Below the pieces are notes generated by a model. It ran no database searches and was not told where the DNA came from. It saw only the letters and a program-made list of their open reading frames with translations. Positions 50,584-59,409 of a DNA stretch of 64,000 nt are shown here, in pieces. Where the stretch lies: NCBI GenBank assembly GCA_014896355.1, contig JADBKO010000005.1, positions 34,286 through 98,285 on the forward strand, given 5' to 3'. The stretch's first letter is position 1. Each line of letters opens with the position of its first letter. A program made the translations under genes and the position numbers. The DNA is from Bacillota bacterium. GTDB taxonomy: Bacteria; Bacillota; UBA5301; Bu52.

Positions 50584-51558
50584 TTGAATAGGCTCAAGAT
50601 AGAGCCCCGGGGGAAGCGGGTGCTGGCTGTGTGCGCCCATCCGGATGATCTCGAGTTCTACTGCGGCGGAACCATGGCCCGGCTGGCGGCGGCCGGCGCC
50701 GAGATCGTTCTGCTCCTGGCCACAGCCGGGGATAAAGGAAGTTTTGACCCTGGCATGCCAGGAGCGCGTTTGGCTGAGCTACGGCTTGAGGAGGCCCTGC
50801 GGGGGGCGCACGTGATGGGCCTTTCGTCCGTCTACTGCCTGGGGTACCCGGACGGGGAGCTGGCATACGGGGTGTCCGCCGCTGAGCTGCGCTGCCGGAT
50901 TGCCGGCGTCATGCGGGCCGTGCGGCCGAATTTGCTGGTGACCTTCGACCCCTGGAAGCGTTACGAGCTGCACCCGGACCACCGGCGCGTCGGGCAGGTC
51001 ACCCTGGATGCCCGGTTGGCGGCGAAGCTGCCGCTTTACCCAGTGGAGGCCCGGCTGCCGCGGCGGCTGCCTGTGGCCGGTGGGGCCGGCGAGGGGGCTT
51101 CGGACGGTGGGGCGGGTGTCCGCCGCGTGGGAGGCGGCGCGCCGGGCATTGAGCAGCCTGCCGCGGCCCAGCCCTCGCCGGGCTTGCGGCCCTGGGCCAT
51201 TCCGGAAATATGGCTGTTTCAGCCAGAAGAAGCCAACCTACTGGCGGAAATCGGCCCTTTCTTCCCCGCCAAACTGGCGGCGCTGCAGGCCCATGCCAGC
51301 CAATTCCTGGAGGAGAAGGACACCCTGGCCGCCCAGCTGCGCTCGGAGGCGGCGGAAGAGGGCCGGCGCTGGCTGGGAAAGGCGGATGCCTGGAACCTGG
51401 CGCCGCAGGTCCTTTCCGTCCCGGTTTCTGCCGCTGGCCTTGCGCCAGCCGGGGGCCCGGCGGTGGATCCGGCGGGAGGCAGCGCCGGGCTCTATGAGGC
51501 CTTCCGGCGCATCATGATCGTGGGTTCAACAGCTTTCTCGGGGCAGAGTGCCCAGTAG
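50584..51558 (+). CDS. PIG-L / LmbE-family N-acetylglucosaminyl deacetylase (BshB/MshB-like)
   Basis: VLAVCAHPDDLEF hallmark and the HPDH motif (YELHPDHRRVG). TTG 50584 with a perfect AGGAGG SD 5 nt upstream; the track ORF is extended upstream to 50284. Confidence 0.75.
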   Translation: MNRLKIEPRGKRVLAVCAHPDDLEFYCGGTMARLAAAGAEIVLLLATAGDKGSFDPGMPGARLAELRLEEALRGAHVMGLSSVYCLGYPDGELAYGVSAAELRCRIAGVMRAVRPNLLVTFDPWKRYELHPDHRRVGQVTLDARLAAKLPLYPVEARLPRRLPVAGGAGEGASDGGAGVRRVGGGAPGIEQPAAAQPSPGLRPWAIPEIWLFQPEEANLLAEIGPFFPAKLAALQAHASQFLEEKDTLAAQLRSEAAEEGRRWLGKADAWNLAPQVLSVPVSAAGLAPAGGPAVDPAGGSAGLYEAFRRIMIVGSTAFSGQSAQ

Positions 51559-52416
51559 GCGCCGGGCATTGGCTGCGAAAAGCTGCGCCTGCCGGTCTGC
51601 ATCCAGGCCTGCGCTTTGCACGTGGCGGACCGCCCGCGGCCAGGAGACCAGTGGATAGTCCGTGGCAAACAAAAGCTTCTCCCACACCCCTGCCGCCGCC
51701 GCGGCTTCGTAAATGGCCGGTCGGTAGAGCAGCGGGGCTGCGGCGGTGTCGTAGTAAACGTTTTTGAGAGCCTGCTGCAGCTCCGGCATGAGTTCGTAAA
51801 ACAGCAGCCCGCCGCCGAAATGCGCCAGCACGAGCTTCAGGCGGGGAAAGGCCTGGGCCAGCGCCACCGCGGCTTGCAGGGGTGTTGGAACCTTGCCGGG
51901 ATAGAGATGTCCCACAGGCTCGTTGAGGTGCAGGATCAGCGGCCATCCCCATTCCTGGCAGGCCTCCGCCACCGGGCCCATCTGATGCGGGTCCCCAGGA
52001 TCAAATCCCTGCCCATAGGCGAAAAGCTCGCCCACCCCTCGTAGCCCCAGGGACCGGCAGCGTTCCAGCTCTGCCACGGCACCCTCCAGCCTGGGGTTGA
52101 CCACGGCGAAGCCCACCAGTTGGGGATAGCGGCGCACTGCTTCCAGGGTATATTCATTCGCCTCCCGGCACAGCCCCTGGTCCCGGAACGCGAAGCCAAA
52201 GACCACCGCCTGCCGCACCCCGTGGGCCTCCATGTCCGCCACCAGTTCCGGGGCGGTAGCATAGCGGTTGTTGGGTGTATGGGCCAGGAGGGAAAAGTAC
52301 GGGTCACGGTCTGCGTAACGGTCCGCCTGGGCTTTGATGGCTGGTGAGGTCAGGTGGACGTGGAAATCCACCAAGCCTGCGGCATCACGTTCCCAACTAT
52401 CTGCCGGAGTTGCCAT
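51526..52416 (-). CDS. Amidohydrolase-2 family metal-dependent hydrolase (TIM barrel)
   Basis: VDFHVHL metal-binding start, and HxH...H...D-like residues (LVLAHFGGG, ATDYP). Confidence 0.75.
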   Translation of the reverse strand: MATPADSWERDAAGLVDFHVHLTSPAIKAQADRYADRDPYFSLLAHTPNNRYATAPELVADMEAHGVRQAVVFGFAFRDQGLCREANEYTLEAVRRYPQLVGFAVVNPRLEGAVAELERCRSLGLRGVGELFAYGQGFDPGDPHQMGPVAEACQEWGWPLILHLNEPVGHLYPGKVPTPLQAAVALAQAFPRLKLVLAHFGGGLLFYELMPELQQALKNVYYDTAAAPLLYRPAIYEAAAAAGVWEKLLFATDYPLVSWPRAVRHVQSAGLDADRQAQLFAANARRLLGTLPRESC

Positions 52417-52618
52417 TTTGTTGCCTTCTTTCCAGCCTGACTATATCCTGTCTGCCAATTGGTGGCAAGGCTGTGTCCATACCTTGGCGCCCATCAGGCT
52501 GGGGATACTAGGCGCAAAGATGCCCGTTTTCCTCTGGGATGAAGAGCCCTGGTTGGGACGGGAATTCCCCCGGCACGCCGAAGGTGCCGGGAGAGGGAGA
52601 GGCCCGAGCCGACAACCC

Positions 52619-54715
52619 ATGGGAAGCAGCGGCCGGAATCAAGATCATCATCTTCGATCTGTCTGGAAACAGGCCCTGGCCTGGATCGTACTGGCTTTGG
52701 CGCTGACGGCGGCTGCGCTGTTGCTGGCAGGGTGTCCTGAGCGCGGCAAGAAGGGCCAGAAGGCGGCGGCGCCCCCGGGCACCGTGATCGCCGTTTCCCT
52801 GGCCAATGGACAAAGCCTTTGGTCCCAGGAGATTCGCCTGGCCATGGAAAGTGCTGCCAAGGGCGCGGGCGGAGCCGGCAGTGCGGGCGGAGCCGGCGGG
52901 GCCGGCAGGGCCGGGGCTGCGGGCGGCAGTGCGGGTGGAGGCGGACAGGCCGGGGCCGGCGGGGGAGCTGCCGGGCAGGGGAGCCAGGCTGGGCAGGTCA
53001 GGCTCATGTGGCTGGATGCCAAAGGAGACGCCAGCAAGCAGGCTCAGGATTTGCAGCGCCTGACCACCGGTGGGACAAAGCCCAAGGCCGTGGTGGTGGA
53101 CCCCGTCAACAGCGCCTTACTGGCGGGGCCCCTGGCCGCCCTGGAAGGGGTTGGAGTCCATGTGCTGCTGCTGCGGGACATGCCCAAAGGCGCCTGGGTT
53201 GACGGCGTCATTGCGCCGGACTTCCGCTTGGCCGGGGAGCTGGCTGGCGAAGCCATCGGGCGCATCTGGCAAGGGCGGCCGCCGTGGTCCGGCCCGGGCT
53301 TGGCCGGGCCCGGTGCCGGGGGTGCTGGAGGTGGCGTAGCTGCGGCGGGATGGTCCGCATTGCCCCGCAAGGGACGTACTGTGTATTTCGTAGACGGACA
53401 GAGTCTGGCCGTAGCAGGTGTCACCGGCGGTGTGGCCACGGGCGGCGGCGCAGGCAGCACGGGGGGTGGCGGTGCTGGAGGTGCCGCCGGGGGTGCTGCG
53501 GGCGGGGCCGGTGGCCAAGGCGCGGGTGGCGCCGGGGGCGGGGGGAGTACCTCCGCCGGCGCTGCGCCGCCTGCCGTCCCGGCGGGCTCCTGGGCGGTAG
53601 GACGCCTGCTGGAAGGTTTGCAGGCTGCGCTGAGCCCTGCCGCCGGGCAAGCCCGGATAGCTCCGCTGGGAGCCGTGGACCCGGCCAGACTTCCGGCGCT
53701 GGGTGCCCTGGCCGTCTATGGGCCAGAGGCAGCCCAGATGTACCTGCCAGGGGCTGGAACAACGCCCTTGGCGGCCACAGGGGGCGGCGCCGGGGGTGGC
53801 GGTGGCACCAGCGAGGGTGGGGCCGGTGGTGCGGGCGGCGGTGGCGGTGGACCAGGCGGCGGTGGGGCTGCCGGGAGGCCGGGTGGGGCCGGTGGGCAGT
53901 CCACAGCTGCGGGAGCAGCGCCCGCCGGCATGCTTCCCCCGCCTCCGGTGCTGGCGGTCTTTGGCGCGGCGCCGGCAGTCATTTCCGCGGCGCTTGCCGG
54001 CCAACCCGTGGCAGTCATCGATCTGCGCCCGGATCTGGTGGGAGCCCACGCGTTTGCTGCAGCCCGGGATTTGGCGCAGACGGGGCGCTGGGCCTACGGC
54101 GAAATGGCGCGGGTGGACAATGGCTACATCCCTTTGCAGCGGGTTCCTGTGAGCCTGGTCTCCCCTCAGGACGCGCCGGCGGTCACCAACCGTGTCCGCA
54201 AGGTCTGGCAGCGCATTCAGCCCGCCGCAGGGCAGGCGCGCGCAGCCGGGGGCGTCACCCACCCCTTTGGGCGCCAGACAGCGGCCGGCCGTGCAGGGGG
54301 TCAGGGCGGGCAGCAGGGAGGCGGGGGCTCCAGTCAAGGCGGCGGTGGGTCGGGAGGTTCAGGCGCGGGTGGATCCGCCGGCGGCACGTCCCAAGCCGGT
54401 ACCGGCAAGCAGCCGCCGCTGCAGTTGCTGGAGCTGTCTTTGGCCAGCGGCAAGGTGCTGACGCTCAGCATTCCCCATCCTGTGGGGGGCGTCCGTATTG
54501 TGGGGGGATCCCTTCTCATCGAGGCTCCCGACCTGCCTGTACCCATGACCCTGCAGAGCCCCGCTGATCCTGTGCGCAGTGTGCGGCTGCTGCTGGCCCG
54601 CGGCGCTCAGGCGGCGGGCGGTGCGGGCCAGGGCCAGGCTGGAGGAGGAGCCGGCGGGGCAGAAGGCGGCGGTCCGGGCGGTGGAGCCGGCGGGGGTGGA
54701 GGAGGTGGCATGTGA
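52619..54715 (+). CDS. Lipoprotein with a type-I periplasmic-binding-protein (sugar-binding-like) fold interrupted by long Gly/Ala-rich low-complexity tracts
   Basis: Lipobox LLLAGC. PBP-I N-lobe segments (GTVIAVSLANGQS, VRLMWLDAKGDASKQAQDLQRL, KPKAVVVDPVNSALLAGP, VHVLLL) are separated by (G/A)n tracts such as GAGGAGSAGGAGGAGRAGAAGGSAGGGGQAGAGGGAAG. ATG 52619; the track ORF starts at 52334. Confidence 0.6.
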   Translation: MGSSGRNQDHHLRSVWKQALAWIVLALALTAAALLLAGCPERGKKGQKAAAPPGTVIAVSLANGQSLWSQEIRLAMESAAKGAGGAGSAGGAGGAGRAGAAGGSAGGGGQAGAGGGAAGQGSQAGQVRLMWLDAKGDASKQAQDLQRLTTGGTKPKAVVVDPVNSALLAGPLAALEGVGVHVLLLRDMPKGAWVDGVIAPDFRLAGELAGEAIGRIWQGRPPWSGPGLAGPGAGGAGGGVAAAGWSALPRKGRTVYFVDGQSLAVAGVTGGVATGGGAGSTGGGGAGGAAGGAAGGAGGQGAGGAGGGGSTSAGAAPPAVPAGSWAVGRLLEGLQAALSPAAGQARIAPLGAVDPARLPALGALAVYGPEAAQMYLPGAGTTPLAATGGGAGGGGGTSEGGAGGAGGGGGGPGGGGAAGRPGGAGGQSTAAGAAPAGMLPPPPVLAVFGAAPAVISAALAGQPVAVIDLRPDLVGAHAFAAARDLAQTGRWAYGEMARVDNGYIPLQRVPVSLVSPQDAPAVTNRVRKVWQRIQPAAGQARAAGGVTHPFGRQTAAGRAGGQGGQQGGGGSSQGGGGSGGSGAGGSAGGTSQAGTGKQPPLQLLELSLASGKVLTLSIPHPVGGVRIVGGSLLIEAPDLPVPMTLQSPADPVRSVRLLLARGAQAAGGAGQGQAGGGAGGAEGGGPGGGAGGGGGGGM
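52860..54715 (+). repeat. Multiple imperfect GGN/GCN simple-sequence tracts inside the lipoprotein gene
   Basis: Runs such as ggcgcgggcggagccggcagtgcgggcggagccggcggggccggcagggccggggctgcgggcggc recur at least six times along the gene. They also create long spurious ORFs on the opposite strand. Confidence 0.7.
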
Positions 54716-54837
54716 AACCGCCGGCCGTGGCATCCGGTCCGTGGGCGGGCGACCGCCCCGAATTTCCGGCGGCTGCGTCCCGGCGTGATCCTGTTATAAT
54801 AGTTGAGCGGGATCCAGAGGCGCGGGGAGGGAAAATT

Positions 54838-56328
54838 TTGCATTCTGGAAGCGGCCAGCGGGTCATCATCGTGGGAGCGGGCCCTGCCGGCGTTTTTACT
54901 GCATTGCGCCTGGCGGCCACCGGGGGATTTCAGGTCACCATCATGGACAAGGGACGGGATCTTTCCCACCGTTCCTGCCCCTCCATCGAGCGCAACGCGG
55001 GCTGCGTCAACTGCCCCACCTGCTCCGTGATCTCCGGGTGGGGCGGCGCCGGGGCGTTCAGCGACGGCAAGCTTACCCTCTCGCCGGAAATCGGCGGCCA
55101 TCTGGGCGAATACGTGGGTCAGGAGAAACTTGCTGGCCTACTGGAGGAAGCGGACCGGATCTATCTTCAGTTCGGGGCACCGCCCCGCGTTTACGGGGAG
55201 GTTACGCCGGAGGTGGAGGAGCTGATCCGCAAGGCTCGCATGGCGGACCTGACCATGATTCCTACGCGCATTCGCCATCTGGGTACCGGATACAGCAAGC
55301 AGGTGCTGGCTGCCATGGAGTCACATTTGCGCCAGCTTGGCGTCGATATCCGCATGGGGGTGGAGGTGGAATCCATCCTCAGCCGGCCGGCGGAAGGCCA
55401 TGGTGGTTCCGGCCCGGCGAAGGATGCAGGCCAGGTGCCGGCGGAGGAAGTCTGGGGCGTTCGTACAGCCAAAGGGGAAGAGGTCCCTGCAGACTACGTC
55501 GTGGTGGCCCCGGGCCGCGAAGGGGCGGAGTGGTTGCGGGGTGAGGCGGAACGCCTGAAGATTCCTCTGGCCACCAACCCCGTGGATATCGGCGTGCGGG
55601 TGGAAACTGCGGCGGAGGTGCTCGAGCACATCACCAGTAAGGTCTATGAGGCGAAGCTCATATTCTACTCCAAGACGTTCGAGGACAAAGTGCGCACTTT
55701 CTGCATGTGCCCCCACGGGGAAGTGGTAACGGAGAACCTGGATGGCCTCATCACGGTGAACGGGCATAGTCACGCGGAGATCAAGACCGAAAACACGAAT
55801 TTCGCCCTGCTGGTGAGCAAGACCTTCACTCAGCCCTTCAAGGATCCCATTACCTACGGCAAGCATATTGCCGGCTTGGCCAATTTGTTGGGGGGCGGTG
55901 TTTTGGTGCAGCGGCTGGGTGATCTTTTGACGGGACATCGTTCCACGGAGGAACGGATCCACAAGGGCACCATCCGGCCTACCCTGCACGATGCCACGCC
56001 GGGGGATCTGAGTCTGGTCCTTCCCTACCGCTATTTGCAGGCGCTGGTGGAGATGCTGCAGGCTTTGGACCGCATTGCACCGGGAATCTATTCGCGTAAC
56101 ACCCTGCTTTACGGGGTAGAGGTCAAATTCTACTCGTCCCGCCTGCAGCTTTCGGCCGAACTGGAAACCCCCGTACGCAATCTGTTTGCCACCGGGGACG
56201 GAGCGGGGGTTACCCGCGGCTTGATGCAGGCTTCGGCCTCCGGGCTGGTGGTGGCCGAAGCCATTCGAAAGCGCGCGGCTCTGGCCTTGCTCCCTGCCGC
56301 CTGCGGGCACTCACGAGACCGCCAGTGA
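54838..56328 (+). CDS. FAD-dependent dehydrogenase of the COG2509 family (N-terminally short form)
   Basis: VIIVGAGPAGVFTALRLA dinucleotide motif, and a C-terminal FAD-dependent-protein domain with GDGAGVTRG. TTG 54838 with a GGGGAGGG SD; the track ORF starts at 54712. Confidence 0.75.
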   Translation: MHSGSGQRVIIVGAGPAGVFTALRLAATGGFQVTIMDKGRDLSHRSCPSIERNAGCVNCPTCSVISGWGGAGAFSDGKLTLSPEIGGHLGEYVGQEKLAGLLEEADRIYLQFGAPPRVYGEVTPEVEELIRKARMADLTMIPTRIRHLGTGYSKQVLAAMESHLRQLGVDIRMGVEVESILSRPAEGHGGSGPAKDAGQVPAEEVWGVRTAKGEEVPADYVVVAPGREGAEWLRGEAERLKIPLATNPVDIGVRVETAAEVLEHITSKVYEAKLIFYSKTFEDKVRTFCMCPHGEVVTENLDGLITVNGHSHAEIKTENTNFALLVSKTFTQPFKDPITYGKHIAGLANLLGGGVLVQRLGDLLTGHRSTEERIHKGTIRPTLHDATPGDLSLVLPYRYLQALVEMLQALDRIAPGIYSRNTLLYGVEVKFYSSRLQLSAELETPVRNLFATGDGAGVTRGLMQASASGLVVAEAIRKRAALALLPAACGHSRDRQ

Positions 56329-56342
56329 TACTCTGGTGAAGG

Positions 56343-56375
56343 AGGCGGCCCCGGCCGCCTCTTATTCCCGGGAGG
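56343..56375 (+). terminator. Terminator-like hairpin between convergent genes
   Basis: AGGCGGCC-CCG-GCCGCCT followed by CTTATTCCC. Confidence 0.35.
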
Positions 56376-56432
56376 TAGCCGGGGCCGCCGGTTGAGTCAC
56401 TTCCTTGCTTTTTATAACACTTGCTGTTCAGG

Positions 56433-57380
56433 TCATTTCCCGCCCTTGCCGCTGGCACCCTGGCTGGAGGAACCTCCGGCACCAGAGCCTCCGGAGCCGG
56501 CGCCACTGCCGGAGCTGTTCCCGTTCCCGTTGCTGCCCCCGTTGCCGTGGGTGGACTGATGGGTGCGATCGCGGTCACGGTCCTGATTCTGCGTGCGATC
56601 CTGGTTGCGGTCCTGATCCTCGACTTGGTTTCCATCCTGACCCTGCTGGCGGTCCTGAACCTCCTGGCCGTCGCCGGCCTTGCCGCCCGCCGCCGCTTTC
56701 AGCTGCTCCTGGACCCGTTGGCGGATCTGAGCAGCCAGCTTTTCGCCCCGGGCCCCGGAGGCCAGGGCCTCTCGGATGGCGTTCCGCACAGCGTAGCCGT
56801 TGGTCGCCTGCACTTGGGCCGGTTGGCCCGTAGGTTCCGTTTCCTGGCCATACACCATGTCGCGTAGATCATGAAGCAACTTCTCCAAATCTGCCGGGGA
56901 GAGCTTGCCGCTCAAAGCCAGATCCTGCAGCTCACCGCCTAGCCCGGCCGCAGCCAGCTCCGTCAGGGTCAGCGCCAGCTTTTTGGCCTGGCCTGGAGGG
57001 GTTTCTACGCCCGCCACCGTGTCGCTGACGGCCTTCAGATCCGCCAGGGGAATCACCAATTCGCCGGTTTCACTGATTGCCAGCAACTGCTGCAGTCTGG
57101 CGGTGAGCTGCTGCTTGAGGCCGGCGGCCTCCTGCGGAGACAGGTTGGCCGCCACTTGCGCGAGAATGGCATCGACGCTGCTGTCCAGATTATCCATGGT
57201 CACCGTGAGAGCCTCTGGGGGCTCCGTGGATGGCACGGTCCCTTCGTCTGCCGCCAGCGCTGCAGGGGAAACGGTTCCCAGGAGGAGCAAAGCTGCAAAT
57301 ACGATTACGACGGCGAGGGTGGCCGTGATGGCGATCCCAGCTGACGTGGAGGACAGGCGCTTCCATGCACCTTTCATCAT
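56433..57380 (-). CDS. Secreted or membrane-anchored hypothetical protein with a coiled-coil-like middle and a Q/D/R/N/G-rich tail
   Basis: Signal anchor MMKGAWKRLSSTSAGIAITATLAVVIVFAALLLLG. The ATG at 57380 has an AAGGAG SD 6 nt upstream. The C-terminus contains repeated DRNQDRTQNQDRDRDR and GNGGSNGNGNSSGSGAGSGGSG. Confidence 0.55.
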   Translation of the reverse strand: MMKGAWKRLSSTSAGIAITATLAVVIVFAALLLLGTVSPAALAADEGTVPSTEPPEALTVTMDNLDSSVDAILAQVAANLSPQEAAGLKQQLTARLQQLLAISETGELVIPLADLKAVSDTVAGVETPPGQAKKLALTLTELAAAGLGGELQDLALSGKLSPADLEKLLHDLRDMVYGQETEPTGQPAQVQATNGYAVRNAIREALASGARGEKLAAQIRQRVQEQLKAAAGGKAGDGQEVQDRQQGQDGNQVEDQDRNQDRTQNQDRDRDRTHQSTHGNGGSNGNGNSSGSGAGSGGSGAGGSSSQGASGKGGK

Positions 57381-57462
57381 AGGCAACTCCTTTCTGATCT
57401 CTCTAGGTTTTGGGCCCTCTTTGAACCGCTTACGAATGCTTGGGTCATAACGGACCCAAGAG

Positions 57463-57501
57463 CTGTTGCTCCCGACTGACTTCTGTTGCTCCCGACTGAC
57501 T
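57463..57501. repeat. Perfect 19-bp tandem direct repeat (ctgttgctcccgactgact x2, period 20)
   Basis: Seen directly at 57463-57481 and 57483-57501, in the gap between selA and the downstream minus-strand gene. Confidence 0.8.
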
Positions 57502-57873
57502 CAGGTTTCCTTCGCGAAGGGCCGGCCAGTTCAAGTGTTCCACTCGTCGCGGCCCCGCCGGCCATCTTCCAGCCCCTGGCTCCGGGTTACCTGCCCTTCG
57601 GCTTGGTGCCTGCCGTTTGGGGGCACCCCGCGGGCCTCTTCGGCCCTTGGGGCGCCACCCGCGACAGGCAGTGAGGGCGGAAGCCGGGGCCCCGGGTGGG
57701 GGCCGGGGCCCTTGATCGTGGGGATACTGGCTCCGGCACTTTCAGAGTACCAGATCCGGGCGGAGGGTGTCGTGACTGGAGTCACACTTGACGAAATTGG
57801 GATGGAAACGCGGGTCAGGCTGCCACCCGAGAGGAGGATGCCGCCCTGCACCCCGGAACAGGGTTTGTGGCCT

Positions 57874-59409
57874 TTAGTTGTCGGCTTCCGGAGCCGGGCC
57901 GTCATAGGCCTTGCGTGCCAGCGCCTGCAAGGCCTCGGCGATCACTGCGTCATCGCCCGGCAGGAGGGTGCGGACGTCCAGCAAGACCTGATCTCCTTGG
58001 ACTCTGGCGATGACCGGGACATGCCAGTTGCGCAGCCAGTTCTCCAACGCCGCCGCGGAGGTGTTCCGCGGGCTCAGCACCACCAGTTGGGTCGGAAGAT
58101 CCTGGGCGGGCAAGGCCCCACCGCCCACCTGGGAGGAGCCAGGCCGGACCTCCACCGACAGAACCGGCGCTTCCGGCGCCCAGCCGGGCTCGCTCTCTGC
58201 ATCCGCCCGGGCCGCCGGGTCGGGCGGGATCTGGCCCACGGCCTGCCGGAGGCGCTGAGCCAGGTCCGCCGCCCGCCGGCGCAGGTCTTCCGGCGTGAGA
58301 GTCAGCATGCGCAAAGTGGGGATCTCGCTGCGGGCCAGATCCGGGTTGCGGTAGAGGCGGAGAGTGGCTTCCAGGGCAGCCAAGGTCATCTTGTCGATGC
58401 GCACAGCCCGGTTCAGCGGGTGGCGCGCCAGGCGCTCGACGGTTGCCCGTGTACCGACGATGATTCCGGCCTGGGGACCACCCAGGAGTTTATCTCCGCT
58501 GAACGTCACCACGTCCGCGCCGGCGGCTACGGTCTGTTGCACTGTCGGCTCATCGGTGATATGGTATTGCCGCAGATCCAGAAGAAATCCACTGCCCAGA
58601 TCGCTCATGACGGGAAGGTTGTGCCGCCTTCCCAATTGGACGAGCTCCTTCAGGGGTACCGTCTCGCTGAAGCCGATGATCCGGAAATTACTGGTATGGA
58701 CGTGAAGGAGCAGCGCGGTCTCCGGTCCGATGGCTGCCTCATAATCGCGCAGGTGCGTCTTGTTGGTGGTACCCACCTCCACCAGGCGGACGCCGCTCTG
58801 GGCCATGATGTCGGGGATGCGGAAAGACCCGCCGATTTCCACCAGTTGGCCCCGCGATACCACGGCCTCCTTGCCAGCTGCCAGGCTGCTCAGGGCCAGG
58901 AGGACGGCGGCGGCGTTGTTGTTCACCGCCATGGCCGCCTCGGCGCCGGTCAGCTCGCAAAGAAGGCTGGCCACGTGCTCATAGCGCGACCCCCGCTGCC
59001 CGCTGCCCAGGTCGAATTCGAGATTGGAGTAGCCTGTTGCGATGCGCTCCACAGCATCGATGGCGGCTTGGGCCAGGGGCGAGCGACCCAGATTGGTGTG
59101 CAAGACGATCCCCGTGGCGTTCACCACCCGGCGAAGCGAGGGCGCGGCGGCGGAAGCCAGGCGGCCGGTCACCCAGTGAACCAAAGCCTCCGGCGTGCTG
59201 GCCGCCGAAGCGTGCGCCAAGCCCGGCCAGTCCGTGGCGCCCAGGAGGGCGTTACGGGCGGCGTCTGTGGCCTGCTGTACCACGGCGGCCACGTAGGCAT
59301 GGCCCAGCTGCGGCTCAAAGGAGGCAATCTCCGGCACCGCCAGCAACCGGCTTACCGAGGGAAGAGAACGGAGAAGCTCCCGGCGCCGCTCTTCCAACGT
59401 ACCAGGCAT
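57874..59409 (-). CDS. selA: L-seryl-tRNA(Sec) selenium transferase
   Basis: SelA family with FSGDKLLGGPQAGIIVG (PLP lysine). ATG 59409 has an AAGGAGGG SD; the track ORF starts 19 codons further upstream. Confidence 0.88.
   Translation of the reverse strand: MPGTLEERRRELLRSLPSVSRLLAVPEIASFEPQLGHAYVAAVVQQATDAARNALLGATDWPGLAHASAASTPEALVHWVTGRLASAAAPSLRRVVNATGIVLHTNLGRSPLAQAAIDAVERIATGYSNLEFDLGSGQRGSRYEHVASLLCELTGAEAAMAVNNNAAAVLLALSSLAAGKEAVVSRGQLVEIGGSFRIPDIMAQSGVRLVEVGTTNKTHLRDYEAAIGPETALLLHVHTSNFRIIGFSETVPLKELVQLGRRHNLPVMSDLGSGFLLDLRQYHITDEPTVQQTVAAGADVVTFSGDKLLGGPQAGIIVGTRATVERLARHPLNRAVRIDKMTLAALEATLRLYRNPDLARSEIPTLRMLTLTPEDLRRRAADLAQRLRQAVGQIPPDPAARADAESEPGWAPEAPVLSVEVRPGSSQVGGGALPAQDLPTQLVVLSPRNTSAAALENWLRNWHVPVIARVQGDQVLLDVRTLLPGDDAVIAEALQALARKAYDGPAPEADN

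Noticed and set aside
49947-50597. 216-aa minus-strand ORF spanning the treT / PIG-L intergenic region
   Set aside because: Only its 3' ~75 codons (50009-50234) have coding-like composition and an HTH-like sequence. The upstream part is Pro/Arg/Gly low-complexity and overlaps the PIG-L leader. I reported the short version only.
52860-54715. Considered whether the GGN/GCN repeat region is a CRISPR-like array, an IS remnant or a collagen-like gene
   Set aside because: The repeats are imperfect and of variable length, without spacer/repeat periodicity. They lie within one continuous ORF whose non-repetitive segments align as a PBP fold. There is no Gly-X-Y triplet periodicity.
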